DNA of 64,000 nt from an uncultured Pelagibacteraceae bacterium (GCA_902580485.1 CACHKS010000001.1:16959-80958), one strand, 5' to 3'; shown: positions 50,417 to 60,906, counted from the stretch's first letter. Program-made: numbers and translations. Notes: a model not told the origin generated them from the letters alone.

Positions 50417-51001
50417 ATGAAAATAAAAACATCCATATCAATTCTCATAGGGTGCTTTGTTATCTTTTTGTTTATCATGTTACCAATTATTTTATCTGTT
50501 CAAGATAAAAAAGATGAATATGTCGCATCAATCACAGGGTCCTCATTTTCACTTAAAGATGTAAATAATAATATTATCACAGAAAAATCTTTTCAAAATC
50601 AAGCTACAGCCCTTTTTTTTGGATTTACAAATTGTCCTGATGTATGTCCAATGACTTTAAATAAATTGACTTATATCCTAAATGAGCTGGAAAAAGAGAA
50701 AAAAACTTTAAAGATATTTTTTATTAGCATTGATCCAGAAAGAGATACTCCAGAAAAAATGAAAAATTATTTAAGCTCTTTTGAAAATAAAATTATTGGC
50801 ATAACTGGGGAGTCAGAAAAAATTTTTCTTCTCTCAAAATCTTGGGGTATTAAAAGTGAAAAAATTTTTTCAGAAGATGGAAACTATACTGTAGATCACA
50901 GCTCACCAATTATTTTATTAAAAAATGGAAAATATTTCAATCGTATTACTCACCATAATAATATTGAAGAGTCTTTAAAAATAATTAAAAAAATTTTATA
51001 A
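50417..51001 (+). CDS. SCO1/SenC copper chaperone
   Basis: FGFTNCPDVCP, DPERDT, YTVDHS; N-terminal TM. Confidence 0.93.
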   Translation: MKIKTSISILIGCFVIFLFIMLPIILSVQDKKDEYVASITGSSFSLKDVNNNIITEKSFQNQATALFFGFTNCPDVCPMTLNKLTYILNELEKEKKTLKIFFISIDPERDTPEKMKNYLSSFENKIIGITGESEKIFLLSKSWGIKSEKIFSEDGNYTVDHSSPIILLKNGKYFNRITHHNNIEESLKIIKKIL

Positions 51002-51706
51002 TTCGAAAAAATAGTTTATTAGGGAAAGAGCGGAAATTGTAGCTGTTTCCGTTCTTAAAATATTTTTTGAGAGAGAAAAAGAAATAGTTTTGTTGTTTTC
51101 TAAAATCATTTTTCTTTCATTAGGTGTAAAATCACCTTCCGGGCCAATAAGTAATGTCTTTAAATTTTCACCTTTTATATCATCTTTTTTTAATCTCTCT
51201 TTACAATTGATATCTGCAAATAAAAGTTTATTTGAGCCATAAAGATTATTTATAAAATCTTTAAGTTTGATTATTTTTGATATTTCTGGTGGACAGAATT
51301 GATTTGATTGTTCGGTTGCTTCAATAACAATCTTTTTAGCCCTTTCAAAATTTAACTCTTTAATTTCTGTTCGTTCAGATATAATTGGAGTAATTCTACT
51401 TACTCCTAGTTCAGTGGCTTTTTGTAAAACTATCTCCATAGGATTTTTTTTAACCAAACAAATTGCTAGCTCTATGTTTAAGGGTTTTAAAGACTCTTTT
51501 AATCTATTTAAAAACTTTACTTCAACTCTATCTTTCTCTAAAAAAATTACCTCACTAACCCATTCTCCATCTTCGTTAAAAAAATTTATATTAGAACCCC
51601 TTTTTAGTCTCATCACATTAGCTACATAATGCGTGTGATCTTTTGACAATAGAGAAGTAGTATTTTCAATTATACTATTAGGATAATATAATCTTATGTT
51701 GCTCAT
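50996..51706 (-). CDS. rsmE: 16S rRNA m3U1498 methyltransferase (start corrected to ATG 51706)
   Basis: HY..VMR, QKATELGV, EATEQS, IGPEGDF, ILRTETA. Confidence 0.95.
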   Translation of the reverse strand: MSNIRLYYPNSIIENTTSLLSKDHTHYVANVMRLKRGSNINFFNEDGEWVSEVIFLEKDRVEVKFLNRLKESLKPLNIELAICLVKKNPMEIVLQKATELGVSRITPIISERTEIKELNFERAKKIVIEATEQSNQFCPPEISKIIKLKDFINNLYGSNKLLFADINCKERLKKDDIKGENLKTLLIGPEGDFTPNERKMILENNKTISFSLSKNILRTETATISALSLINYFFEL

Positions 51707-51759
51707 GTATTGTGTATACAATAAAAACAGTTTTAAATTAATTATAAAAGAAAGGAATA

Positions 51760-52002
51760 ATGATGCAAAAAGGAGAGAGAGCTGGAGATACTCCAATTGG
51801 AGTAAACGTCATAGAGGGGAAATCTTATTATTGGTGTAGTTGTGGAAAAAGTTCTAAACAACCTTTTTGCGACGGATCACATGATGGATCAAAATTTGGT
51901 CCAAAGACTTATAAGGCTGAACAATCAAAGAAAGTTTTTTTTTGCACTTGTAAACAAACTGATGATCCTCCTTTGTGTGACGGCTCTCACAATAAAAAAT
52001 GA
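51760..52002 (+). CDS. Double CDGSH iron-sulfur domain protein
   Basis: WCSCGKS..PFCDGSH and CTCKQT..PLCDGSH. Confidence 0.93.
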   Translation: MMQKGERAGDTPIGVNVIEGKSYYWCSCGKSSKQPFCDGSHDGSKFGPKTYKAEQSKKVFFCTCKQTDDPPLCDGSHNKK

Positions 52003-52658
52003 AAACTAAATCTGTAGTTTTTGATGCTTACGGTACATTATTTGATGTAAATTCTGCTGCTGAAAAATGCAAAGATAAAATCGGAGATAAATGGGAAGGC
52101 TTTGCAAATTTCTGGAGAACAACTCAATTAGAGTATACTTGGCTAAGAAGTTTAATGAAAAGACACAAAGATTTTTGGCAAATTACAGAGGATAGTTTAG
52201 ATAAATCAATGAAAGTTTTTGGAATCGAAATGAGTATGAAAAATGATCTACTAAATCTTTATAAAGTTTTATCTCCATATCCTGAAGTTAAGAATGTTCT
52301 AGAAAATTTAAAAAAGAAAAACTTTAAACTTGCTGTACTTTCAAATGGAACCCCCGCTCTTCTAGATCGATTAGTTCAAAGCAATAATTTGAAAGATTTG
52401 TTTGATGACATTTTTTCAATTGAATCCGTGAAAGTTTATAAGCCTGATGCAAAAGTTTATAATTTGCCCTTAAAAAAATATAAGATTAAACCTCAGGAAG
52501 TAACTTTTTTAAGTGCTAATACATGGGATGTTTCCGGATCTGGAAACTATGGTTATAACTCTGTTTGGGTTAATAGGAATAATGCAGTTTTTGATAATTT
52601 AGATTTTAAACCTAAAAATGAAATAAACAATTTAACGCAGTTACTAGATTTAATTTAA
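51999..52658 (+). CDS. Haloacid dehalogenase type II family
   Basis: FDAYGTL, WR..QLEY, LSNG, YKP, SANTWD. Confidence 0.9.
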   Translation: MKTKSVVFDAYGTLFDVNSAAEKCKDKIGDKWEGFANFWRTTQLEYTWLRSLMKRHKDFWQITEDSLDKSMKVFGIEMSMKNDLLNLYKVLSPYPEVKNVLENLKKKNFKLAVLSNGTPALLDRLVQSNNLKDLFDDIFSIESVKVYKPDAKVYNLPLKKYKIKPQEVTFLSANTWDVSGSGNYGYNSVWVNRNNAVFDNLDFKPKNEINNLTQLLDLI

Positions 52659-52673
52659 GCGTTATTATTTATT

Positions 52674-53516
52674 ATGACTCAAATTGAAGTTAAAAAGATA
52701 GTTAAAGCCCTAAACGCATCAGATGGTGCTGGTGTTAAATTAAAAAGAAGCATTGGCACACCAGAAGCAGATTATATTGATCCATTTTTAATGCTTGATG
52801 AATTTGGATCTGAAAATAAGGACGATTATTTAGCTGGATTTCCTCCTCATCCTCATAGGGGTATAGAAACTGTAACTTATATGTTGCACGGCCAATTCGA
52901 ACATGAAGATAGCACAGGCTCAAAAGGAAAGATGGTTCCTGGAGATGTCCAGTGGATGAAAACCGGAAGAGGAATAATTCATTCCGAAATGCCTGCTATG
53001 TCAGAAGGTAAACTATTAGGTTTCCAACTCTGGATTAATATGCCAGCAAATTTAAAAAAGAATAAACCAGAGTACATTTATATAAAAGGTAATCAGCTTG
53101 GTATTCACGAAGATAGTGAAAAGAAAATAAAAGTTATAGCAGGAAAATATGAAAATGCTGAGGGTCCTCAAAAAAATCATAACATAAAACCAATTTATTT
53201 TCATATTGTTCTAAATGAAAAAAAGGAATTTAAATGTGAAGTTCCTCAGGAACATAATTCTTTTATTTATTTGCTAAAAGGTGAATTAAAAATTGGGGAA
53301 AAAGAACATGATAAAACTAAAGACTCCAATTTAATTATACTTGGGAGAGGAAATAAACTTAAAGTAAAAGCCAATAAAAAAACTGAATTTCTTTTTATTG
53401 CAGGTAAGCCAATTGGTGAGCCAATCGCTAGAGGTGGTCCATTTGTTATGAATACTAAAGCAGAAATACTTGAAGCCATTCAAGACTATAACAATGGAAC
53501 ATTTGCTAAATATTAA
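52674..53516 (+). CDS. Pirin-family protein
   Basis: HPHRGIETVTY, GIIHSE, QLWIN, GPFVMN. Confidence 0.93.
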   Translation: MTQIEVKKIVKALNASDGAGVKLKRSIGTPEADYIDPFLMLDEFGSENKDDYLAGFPPHPHRGIETVTYMLHGQFEHEDSTGSKGKMVPGDVQWMKTGRGIIHSEMPAMSEGKLLGFQLWINMPANLKKNKPEYIYIKGNQLGIHEDSEKKIKVIAGKYENAEGPQKNHNIKPIYFHIVLNEKKEFKCEVPQEHNSFIYLLKGELKIGEKEHDKTKDSNLIILGRGNKLKVKANKKTEFLFIAGKPIGEPIARGGPFVMNTKAEILEAIQDYNNGTFAKY

Positions 53517-53540
53517 AAGTTCAAGTACGTTTCTTCAATA

Positions 53541-54515
53541 ATGGCTAAATCAATTGTTATAAAAAAAAATGGTGGACCCGAAGTCTTGGAAATTCAAGAC
53601 ATCGATATAAAATCACCAGGACCAGATGAAATAAAAGTTACCAATCATGCGATTGGGTTAAACTATATTGATACCTATCATAGGTCAGGTTTGTATCCTT
53701 TGCCTTTACCAAGCGGTATAGGATTAGAAGCATCAGGAAAAGTTGATGAAATTGGTTCAAATATCAAAGAGTTTAACAAAGGAGATAACATTGCTTATGC
53801 ATCCATGCCTATAGGAGCTTACTCTCAACAAAGAATAATACCAGCGAAAATTGCAGTAAAAATTCCTGAATGGATTTCACATAAATTAGCAGCAACATTA
53901 ATGACAAAAGGTTTAACAACTAACTATTTATTAACTAAGACTTACAAGCTAAAACCTAATGAAACTATTTTGTTTCATGCTGCAGCTGGTGGTGTTGGTC
54001 AAATATTCGCTCAATGGGCTAAAAGCATTGGAGCAAAAGTTATTGGCACTGTAGGTTCAGACGAAAAAATTGAAATTGCTAAAGCAAATGGATACGAGAA
54101 TGTTATTAACTATTCAAAAAATGATTTTGCTCAAGAAGTTATGAAATTGACAGATAATAATGGAGTTTCTGCAGTTTTTGACGGAGTTGGAAGAAATACA
54201 TTTAAAGGATCAATAGCATGCTTAAAGCCACGAGGTATGATGATAAGTTTTGGAAATGCTTCGGGACCTTTAGATCCTGTGAATGTTACTAGAGATATAC
54301 AATCTAAAAGTCTTTTTTTGACAAGACCAACTATTGGACATTATTTCACCAGCAGAAATGAAATCCAAAAAGGAGCCGATGAAATATTTGAAAAAATAAA
54401 ATTTGGCATGATAAAAATAAAAATTTTTAAAGAATATAAGTTAGAAGAAGCAAAAAAAGCTCATCAAGATTTAGAGTCTAGAAAACTGACTGGTCCAGCC
54501 ATACTAGTTCCCTAA
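53541..54515 (+). CDS. qor: NADPH:quinone oxidoreductase (zeta-crystallin family)
   Basis: NYIDTYHRSGLY, AAAGGVG, FGNASG. Confidence 0.9.
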   Translation: MAKSIVIKKNGGPEVLEIQDIDIKSPGPDEIKVTNHAIGLNYIDTYHRSGLYPLPLPSGIGLEASGKVDEIGSNIKEFNKGDNIAYASMPIGAYSQQRIIPAKIAVKIPEWISHKLAATLMTKGLTTNYLLTKTYKLKPNETILFHAAAGGVGQIFAQWAKSIGAKVIGTVGSDEKIEIAKANGYENVINYSKNDFAQEVMKLTDNNGVSAVFDGVGRNTFKGSIACLKPRGMMISFGNASGPLDPVNVTRDIQSKSLFLTRPTIGHYFTSRNEIQKGADEIFEKIKFGMIKIKIFKEYKLEEAKKAHQDLESRKLTGPAILVP

Positions 54516-54778
54516 TGGAAAAAGAAGTTATATCACCTTGTATAAGTATTTGTAAAACTGATCCAGTAACTGGTTATTGTTATGGATGCGCAAGAACTAA
54601 TGACGAGAAAAAAATATGGAAAAATGAAAATACAAAAAAAGAGTGGAAAATTAAAAATTTAAAAGAAATTACTTCTAGAATGAAAGGCTGGCAATTAAAA
54701 ACTTTTAAAGAGTCTTATAAATATAAGATAAATAACGGTATATCATTATTTAAAAAAAAACTTCAGGAAACTAATTGA
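54515..54778 (+). CDS. DUF1289 family protein (predicted Fe-S)
   Basis: SPCISIC...GYCYGCAR..E...W. Confidence 0.85.
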   Translation: MEKEVISPCISICKTDPVTGYCYGCARTNDEKKIWKNENTKKEWKIKNLKEITSRMKGWQLKTFKESYKYKINNGISLFKKKLQETN

Positions 54779-54779
54779 A

Positions 54780-55190
54780 TTATAAGTCTTTCTTCATAGA
54801 ATCCATGTCGCTTAAATGAAATTTTAAAGCCTGATTGGAAAGTCTTATTTCTTGCAAAAATAAAAAAATAGAAATTATCATACACACACAACAGGCTGCA
54901 AAATTTAAACGAGCTACTTGCAGGGTATTAACATAGAGCATTAAAACTGTCGTCATATTAAAAAGAAATCCAAAGGCTCCGAAACCCATTACATATTTTA
55001 GTAAATTTGCTCTTTTGTTTAAAACATGTAATTGATTTTCCCATTCTGGAGGAACTTTTTTTTCAAATGTATACTGATCATGTATCTGTCTAATTAGAGC
55101 ACTTAGTGTGTGAAACCTATTACTATACATAGTCATCATTAGAGGTATAGCCGGAAACATTAAGGCGGCAACTGTGTAATCTATATCCAT
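54780..55190 (-). CDS. DUF2721-like membrane protein
   Basis: ALMFPAI.L....SNRF..L..LIR, FLQEIRLS..AL. Confidence 0.7.
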   Translation of the reverse strand: MDIDYTVAALMFPAIPLMMTMYSNRFHTLSALIRQIHDQYTFEKKVPPEWENQLHVLNKRANLLKYVMGFGAFGFLFNMTTVLMLYVNTLQVARLNFAACCVCMIISIFLFLQEIRLSNQALKFHLSDMDSMKKDL

Positions 55191-55243
55191 AGCGAATCAA
55201 ATTGATTATGTAGATAGTGTTTGATATTTACAAGTCATATTTC

Positions 55244-56099
55244 ATGGAACATTTAAAAATATTTATAGAATTAACAAGATTAAATAAACCTATAGGCTTT
55301 ATGCTTTTATTTTGGCCATGTTCTTGGGGTTTAGCTTACGGATATGGATTAGATAAAGACTTAAATATTTTCTTATACTATATTTTATTATTTTTTTTAG
55401 GCTCAGTACTTATGAGGAGCGCGGGGTGTATATTTAATGATATTGTAGATAAAGATTTTGATAAAAAAGTTCAAAGGACTAAGCTAAGACCTATTGCTTG
55501 TGGCAAAGTTTCAATTAAACAATCTATTATTTATGTTTTGATACTTTGTTTAATAGCTTTTTTAATCTTAATTCAATTTAATCTTAATACAATTTATTTA
55601 GGTCTCGGATCAATGCTGTTAGCTTTTTCATACCCTTTTATGAAAAGAATAACATATTGGCCTCAATTGTTTCTTGGTCTAACTTTTAACTGGGGCATGA
55701 TAATGGGTTATACGGCCATATTAGATCAAATATCTTTTCAAATTGTCCTACTTTATTTATCAGCCATATTTTGGACATTGGGTTATGACACCATTTATGG
55801 AGTACAGGATATAGCAGATGATGAAATTATTGGAATAAAATCTACTGCTATAAAATTTAAAAAAAAATATAAAACTTTTTGTTGGAGCATGTTACCTAAT
55901 TACTTTTTTATTAATAGTTTATGTTTTCAAATCAAATATTGGAATTAATTTATCAACTTGTCTTATTTTAATGTTTTCGATTAGCTTAATTTATCAGATA
56001 AAAATTTTTAATGAAAATAATCCTATGAATTGCCTTAAGGCTTTTAAAGTAAATAATTACTCTGGTATTTTCATGTTCTTAACAATTCTCTTTTCTTAA
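55244..56099 (+). CDS. ubiA: 4-hydroxybenzoate polyprenyltransferase, frameshifted at the A9 run 55859-55867 in this sequence
   Basis: RLNKPIG, NDIVD..FD..V.RT..RP, YDTIYG.QD; removing one A restores a tail ...CLKAFKVNNYSG... ending TAA 56099. Confidence 0.9.
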
Positions 56100-56102
56100 A
56101 TT

Positions 56103-57845
56103 ATGAAATTTCAAGAATTAAAGCTTATTTTAACAAGACTTTATAAAGAACATGTACGACTCCACTTAAAGAGAATATTGTTATGTTTAATCTTATCAGT
56201 AGTTATTGCAGGAACTACTTCAGCAATAGCTTGGTTGCTTGATCCGGCGGTTAAAAAAATATTTATAGATAAGAACGAAACACTTGCCTGGGTTATACCT
56301 ATTGCAATAATTGTTACATTTGGAGCAAAGGGTCTATCCCTATATTTTGCTAGAACAAATATTAATATTGTTGGAGAGAGAATTGCAGGAGAATTGCAAA
56401 AAAGAATTGCAAAATCAATTTTGTTTTCAGATATTCAGACTTTAGATTCTAGGCATTCGGGAAGATATATTTCTAATATACAGTACGACTCTGGTCAAGT
56501 TTCACACTTGGTTAGTACTGGCGTCTTAAACTTAATGAAAGACTCTTTTTCAGTTATTTTATTGGTTGGACTAATGTTTTATCAAAATTGGAAATTAGCC
56601 TCTTTTGCAATTTTTATGATTCCTCTTGCTGGAGGACTAGCAAAAAACCTTGGAAAGCAAGTTGGTAAAGCTACTATTCAAGCCAGTAAATTATCCGGAA
56701 ATTTAGTTTCATTTTTATCAGATATCTTAAGAGGATCTAGAATGATTAGAATTTTTCAAAAAGAAAATCAGGAAAGTGACAATGCTAATAATGTAATCAC
56801 AGATTTAGTAAATAAAAATATTAAAATTCAAGCTATTATGCTCAGAGCTACTCCAATTATGGAGGGTTTAACTGGAATTATGATAGCAGGATTTATCTTC
56901 TTTTCAGGAAAACTAATTAATGCAGGAGAGCTTGGGATTAATAATTTTTTTTCTTTCTTGGCAGCTATGATGTTAGCCTATCAGCCGATTAGATCTCTAG
57001 CTACTATAAACATGGTTGCTTACCAAGGAGCTGCGGCAGCAAAAAGAATCTTTTCTATAACAGATAAACCTATAAATATAAAAAATGAGGATCATCTACC
57101 AGAACTGAAAATTAAAGAATGTAATATAGTATTTGAAAATGTTAGTTTTAAATATGAAACTACAGCTGAAAAAGCTATAAATAATATTGATCTACAAATA
57201 GAAGGAAACAAAGTTACAGCATTAGTTGGCAAGAGTGGTGCTGGAAAAAGCACTATAATTAATCTTTTACCAAGATTTTATGACCCTCAAGATGGTATAA
57301 TTAAAATAGACAATCAAAACATAAAAAATATCAATCTGAAATCCTTAAGAAACCAAATATCATTAGTAAGCCAAGATGTTATTTTGTTCGACAGCTCAAT
57401 TAAGAATAATATTGCTTACGCGGACTCCACAGCAACACAAACAGATATTGAAGAAGCATGTAAGTATGCTGCCGCAGATGAGTTCATTAATAAACTACCA
57501 AATAAATATGATACTTTAGTTGGTGAAAATGGGGTAAGGCTTTCAGGGGGTCAAAAGCAAAGAATTTCTATAGCTAGAGCCATACTTAAAAAATCTCCTA
57601 TAATTCTATTAGATGAAGCTACTTCTTCTCTGGATACAGAGTCTGAAAGAATAGTTCAAAATGCTATAAATAATCTAATAAAAGGAAGAACTACGATAGT
57701 TATTGCACATAGGATGTCTACTATTCACAATTCTGATAAAATATTTTTGTTAGAAAATGGAAAAATAATTAATTCAGGTAATCATGAACACTTAATAAAT
57801 AATAGTGAAGAATATAAGGCTTTATATAAAAATCAATTAAAGTAA
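56103..57845 (+). CDS. msbA: Lipid A ABC exporter (MsbA-like)
   Basis: TMD + NBD, GKSGAGKS, LSGGQ, DEATS; upstream of waaA-lpxK. Confidence 0.85.
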   Translation: MKFQELKLILTRLYKEHVRLHLKRILLCLILSVVIAGTTSAIAWLLDPAVKKIFIDKNETLAWVIPIAIIVTFGAKGLSLYFARTNINIVGERIAGELQKRIAKSILFSDIQTLDSRHSGRYISNIQYDSGQVSHLVSTGVLNLMKDSFSVILLVGLMFYQNWKLASFAIFMIPLAGGLAKNLGKQVGKATIQASKLSGNLVSFLSDILRGSRMIRIFQKENQESDNANNVITDLVNKNIKIQAIMLRATPIMEGLTGIMIAGFIFFSGKLINAGELGINNFFSFLAAMMLAYQPIRSLATINMVAYQGAAAAKRIFSITDKPINIKNEDHLPELKIKECNIVFENVSFKYETTAEKAINNIDLQIEGNKVTALVGKSGAGKSTIINLLPRFYDPQDGIIKIDNQNIKNINLKSLRNQISLVSQDVILFDSSIKNNIAYADSTATQTDIEEACKYAAADEFINKLPNKYDTLVGENGVRLSGGQKQRISIARAILKKSPIILLDEATSSLDTESERIVQNAINNLIKGRTTIVIAHRMSTIHNSDKIFLLENGKIINSGNHEHLINNSEEYKALYKNQLK

Positions 57846-59117
57846 ATGATTCTTATTTATCGTTATCTCATTAATATCTTTTTTCCAATAATAATATTAA
57901 TAACTTTTTTAAGAACGTATTTTAAAAAAGAAGATAAAAATAGATTTAAAGAAAAACTATTTAGCTCATCATTTAATGTAAACAAAAATTATAACAAAAA
58001 ACTAATTTGGTTTCATGTCGCTAGTATAGGAGAGCTAAAAAGCATTATACCTTTAATTAAAAGATTGAATAGAAAAAATAATTTTGAATTTCTAATTACA
58101 ACCATTACATTAAGTTCTTCACATTTAATTTCAGAAGAATTATCTGGTGAACAAAATATAACTCATAGGTTTCTGCCAATTGATAAACTTAATTTAGTAA
58201 AAAAATTTTTAGATAATTGGTCTCCTAACTTAACAATATTTGTGGACTCAGAAATATGGCCAAATTTTATTCTAGAAATTAAAAAAAGAAAAATACCATT
58301 GGTACTTCTAAATGGGAGAATAACCAGAAAAACATTTTTAAGATGGAGTCTTTTACCAAAAGTAGCAGAAAAAATTTTTCAATCTTTTGAATTATGTTTA
58401 CCAGCAAGTAAAGAGTCAAAGCAATACCTTGAAAAATTTAAAGTTAAAAACATTAAATATTTAGGAAATTTAAAGTTAACTTTTGAAAATAAAACTAATA
58501 TTTTAAATGATAAAAATAAAGAGATCTTAAATTTTAGCAAATTTTGGTGTGCAGTAAGTACTCATAAAGAAGAAGATATTTTTTGTCTAAAAACTCATTT
58601 AAAAATAAAAGCAATCCATCAAGATATAATAACAATTATTATTCCACGACATATTGATAGAGTTCAAAATATTAAAACATCTTGCAAAAAATTTGGCTTA
58701 ACTTGTCAAATTTTATCAAAAGATGAATTAATTAAGAATGATAAGGAAATTATTATAATAAATTCATACGGGATGACATCAAATTACTTAGAACTTTGTA
58801 AAAGTGTTTTTATTGGCAAGTCTATGATAGAGAAACTTAAACGTGTAGGAGGACAAAATCCTATAGAGGCAGCAAAGTTTAAATGTAAAATTTATCATGG
58901 ACCATATGTATATAATTTTAAAGAAATATATGATCTTTTTAATAAATATAAAATATCCGAGGAAATTCATAATGAGATCGAATTATCTAATAAAATAAGT
59001 ATGGATTTGAGTAAATCTAATGCAATTAATAATGAAAAAATAGAAATTATTAATAATTTAGGAAAAAAAATATTAAATGATACATGTGATGAATTAGATA
59101 AAATAATTAATAAATGA
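57846..59117 (+). CDS. waaA: Kdo transferase
   Basis: WFHVASIGE, SEIWPN, PRH, GGQNPIE. Confidence 0.93.
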   Translation: MILIYRYLINIFFPIIILITFLRTYFKKEDKNRFKEKLFSSSFNVNKNYNKKLIWFHVASIGELKSIIPLIKRLNRKNNFEFLITTITLSSSHLISEELSGEQNITHRFLPIDKLNLVKKFLDNWSPNLTIFVDSEIWPNFILEIKKRKIPLVLLNGRITRKTFLRWSLLPKVAEKIFQSFELCLPASKESKQYLEKFKVKNIKYLGNLKLTFENKTNILNDKNKEILNFSKFWCAVSTHKEEDIFCLKTHLKIKAIHQDIITIIIPRHIDRVQNIKTSCKKFGLTCQILSKDELIKNDKEIIIINSYGMTSNYLELCKSVFIGKSMIEKLKRVGGQNPIEAAKFKCKIYHGPYVYNFKEIYDLFNKYKISEEIHNEIELSNKISMDLSKSNAINNEKIEIINNLGKKILNDTCDELDKIINK

Positions 59118-60043
59118 AAATTTTAAAACCTAAATTCTGGGAAAAAAATAATAACTTAATATCTTTATTGCTTTTTCCTATCTCATTTTTTTTACAATTA
59201 TTAATTATAATTAAAAAAAAAGTTACCTCAGAACATTCATTTAAAATTCCAGTTATATGTATCGGAAATATATATTTAGGGGGAACTGGGAAAACGCCCT
59301 TGTGTATTTTAATAACTAAAGAATTAATAAAACAAAATAAAAAACCAGCTATAATAAAAAAATATTATCCTGATCAAGCTGATGAACATAGTCTAATTAG
59401 CAATAATCTTGACTGTCTCTTTTTAAATACTCAAAGATATAAAGCTATAAAAAGCGCAGAAAATAAACAACACGACATAGCAATTCTTGATGATGGTTTT
59501 CAGGATTATTCAATTAAAAAAAACTTAAATATACTATGCTTTAATAGTAATCAGTTAATTGGCAACGGTATGACACTACCTTCTGGTCCATTGAGAGAAA
59601 ACATTAATGCTATAAAAAAAACTCAGATAGTCATAATTAATGGAGAAAAAAATAAAATTTTTGAAAAGAAAATTTTAAATATTTCAAATAAAGTTAAAAT
59701 TTTTTACTCAAAATATTTGCCTATAAATATTAAAGAGTTTGAGAATAAAAAACTTTTTGTTTTTGCTGGAATTGGGAATCCAAGTAATTTTTTTAAATTA
59801 TTAAGTGAAAATAATCTTGATGTTCATAAACAAATTGCATTTCCAGATCATTATAAATTTACTAAGTCAGAGATTCAAAAAATGATTAACGAATCCTCTG
59901 AGAATAACCTGGAGCTTATAACAACAGAAAAAGATTATTTTAGGATTAAAGATCTTGGATTTAAACATGTTAAATTTTTAAAAATAAAATTAGAAATTTT
60001 AGAAAAAGATAAATTTATAAATCAAATTTTAAGTTACTCATGA
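59114..60043 (+). CDS. lpxK: Tetraacyldisaccharide 4'-kinase
   Basis: GNIYLGGTGKTP, DDGFQ, GPLRE, FPDH, TTEKD. Confidence 0.95.
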   Translation: MKILKPKFWEKNNNLISLLLFPISFFLQLLIIIKKKVTSEHSFKIPVICIGNIYLGGTGKTPLCILITKELIKQNKKPAIIKKYYPDQADEHSLISNNLDCLFLNTQRYKAIKSAENKQHDIAILDDGFQDYSIKKNLNILCFNSNQLIGNGMTLPSGPLRENINAIKKTQIVIINGEKNKIFEKKILNISNKVKIFYSKYLPINIKEFENKKLFVFAGIGNPSNFFKLLSENNLDVHKQIAFPDHYKFTKSEIQKMINESSENNLELITTEKDYFRIKDLGFKHVKFLKIKLEILEKDKFINQILSYS

Positions 60044-60897
60044 TAAAATCAATTAAATATTTTTTTGAAGCAACGTTTGTTTATTTATTTTTTATAATTG
60101 CAAAATTAATTGGTCTTTCGTTAAGTAGAAAAACCTTTTCTTTTATCTTTAAAAAGTTAGGTCCAATAATTAGATCAAATAATATTATAGATAAAAATCT
60201 ACTGAAGTTTTCCAATAATCTTTCTGATCAAGAAAAAAAAGAAATAGTATCAAACATGTGGTCAAATTATGGAATGACTTTTATTGAATATGTTTTTTTA
60301 AGTGATTTTAAAAAAGGACAAAAACATATAAATATTGAAGGAGAAGAAATATTACAAAAAATATTTTTAAATAACAAACCAGTAATCTTTATATCAGGTC
60401 ACTTTGCAAACTTTGAGCTTATGTCTATGGAAATTACTAAAAAAAACATAAATCTTGCAACTATTTATAGACCTTTAAATAATTTTTTTCTGAACCCCTT
60501 TATGGAATATTTAAGAAAAAAATACGTATGTAAAAATCAAATAAAAAAAGGAAGAGTAGGTGTAAAAGAGTCTATCGAATATATTAAAAATCAACACAGT
60601 ATAGCCCTTATGGTTGATCAAAGAGTTAGTGAGGGAGAAAAAATTAAATTTTTCAATGAAAAAGCTTTTACAACAACCTTGCCAGGGCAGTTAGCTCTAA
60701 AATATAATCTAGATCTGGTTCCTATATTCATTGAAAGAAAAAATAATATTTCATTTAAAATGAAAGTTTATGAGCCTATTAAATCTTCAAGATATGAAGA
60801 CAAAATACAAATTTCTGAGAAATTAAATGAAATAATAGAAGAAATGATCATAAAAAATCCTAATCAATGGATTTGGACTCATGACAGATGGAAGTAA
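60040..60897 (+). CDS. htrB: Lipid A lauroyl-type acyltransferase (HtrB/LpxL family)
   Basis: GHFANFE, DQ, P.QWIWTHDRWK. Confidence 0.85.
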   Translation: MIKSIKYFFEATFVYLFFIIAKLIGLSLSRKTFSFIFKKLGPIIRSNNIIDKNLLKFSNNLSDQEKKEIVSNMWSNYGMTFIEYVFLSDFKKGQKHINIEGEEILQKIFLNNKPVIFISGHFANFELMSMEITKKNINLATIYRPLNNFFLNPFMEYLRKKYVCKNQIKKGRVGVKESIEYIKNQHSIALMVDQRVSEGEKIKFFNEKAFTTTLPGQLALKYNLDLVPIFIERKNNISFKMKVYEPIKSSRYEDKIQISEKLNEIIEEMIIKNPNQWIWTHDRWK

Positions 60898-60906
60898 ATA
60901 TTAAGT

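Noticed and set aside
51707-51796. ORF-track N-terminal extension of rsmE
   Set aside because: It overlaps the divergent CDGSH gene; RsmE-like sequence begins at MSNIRLY (51706).
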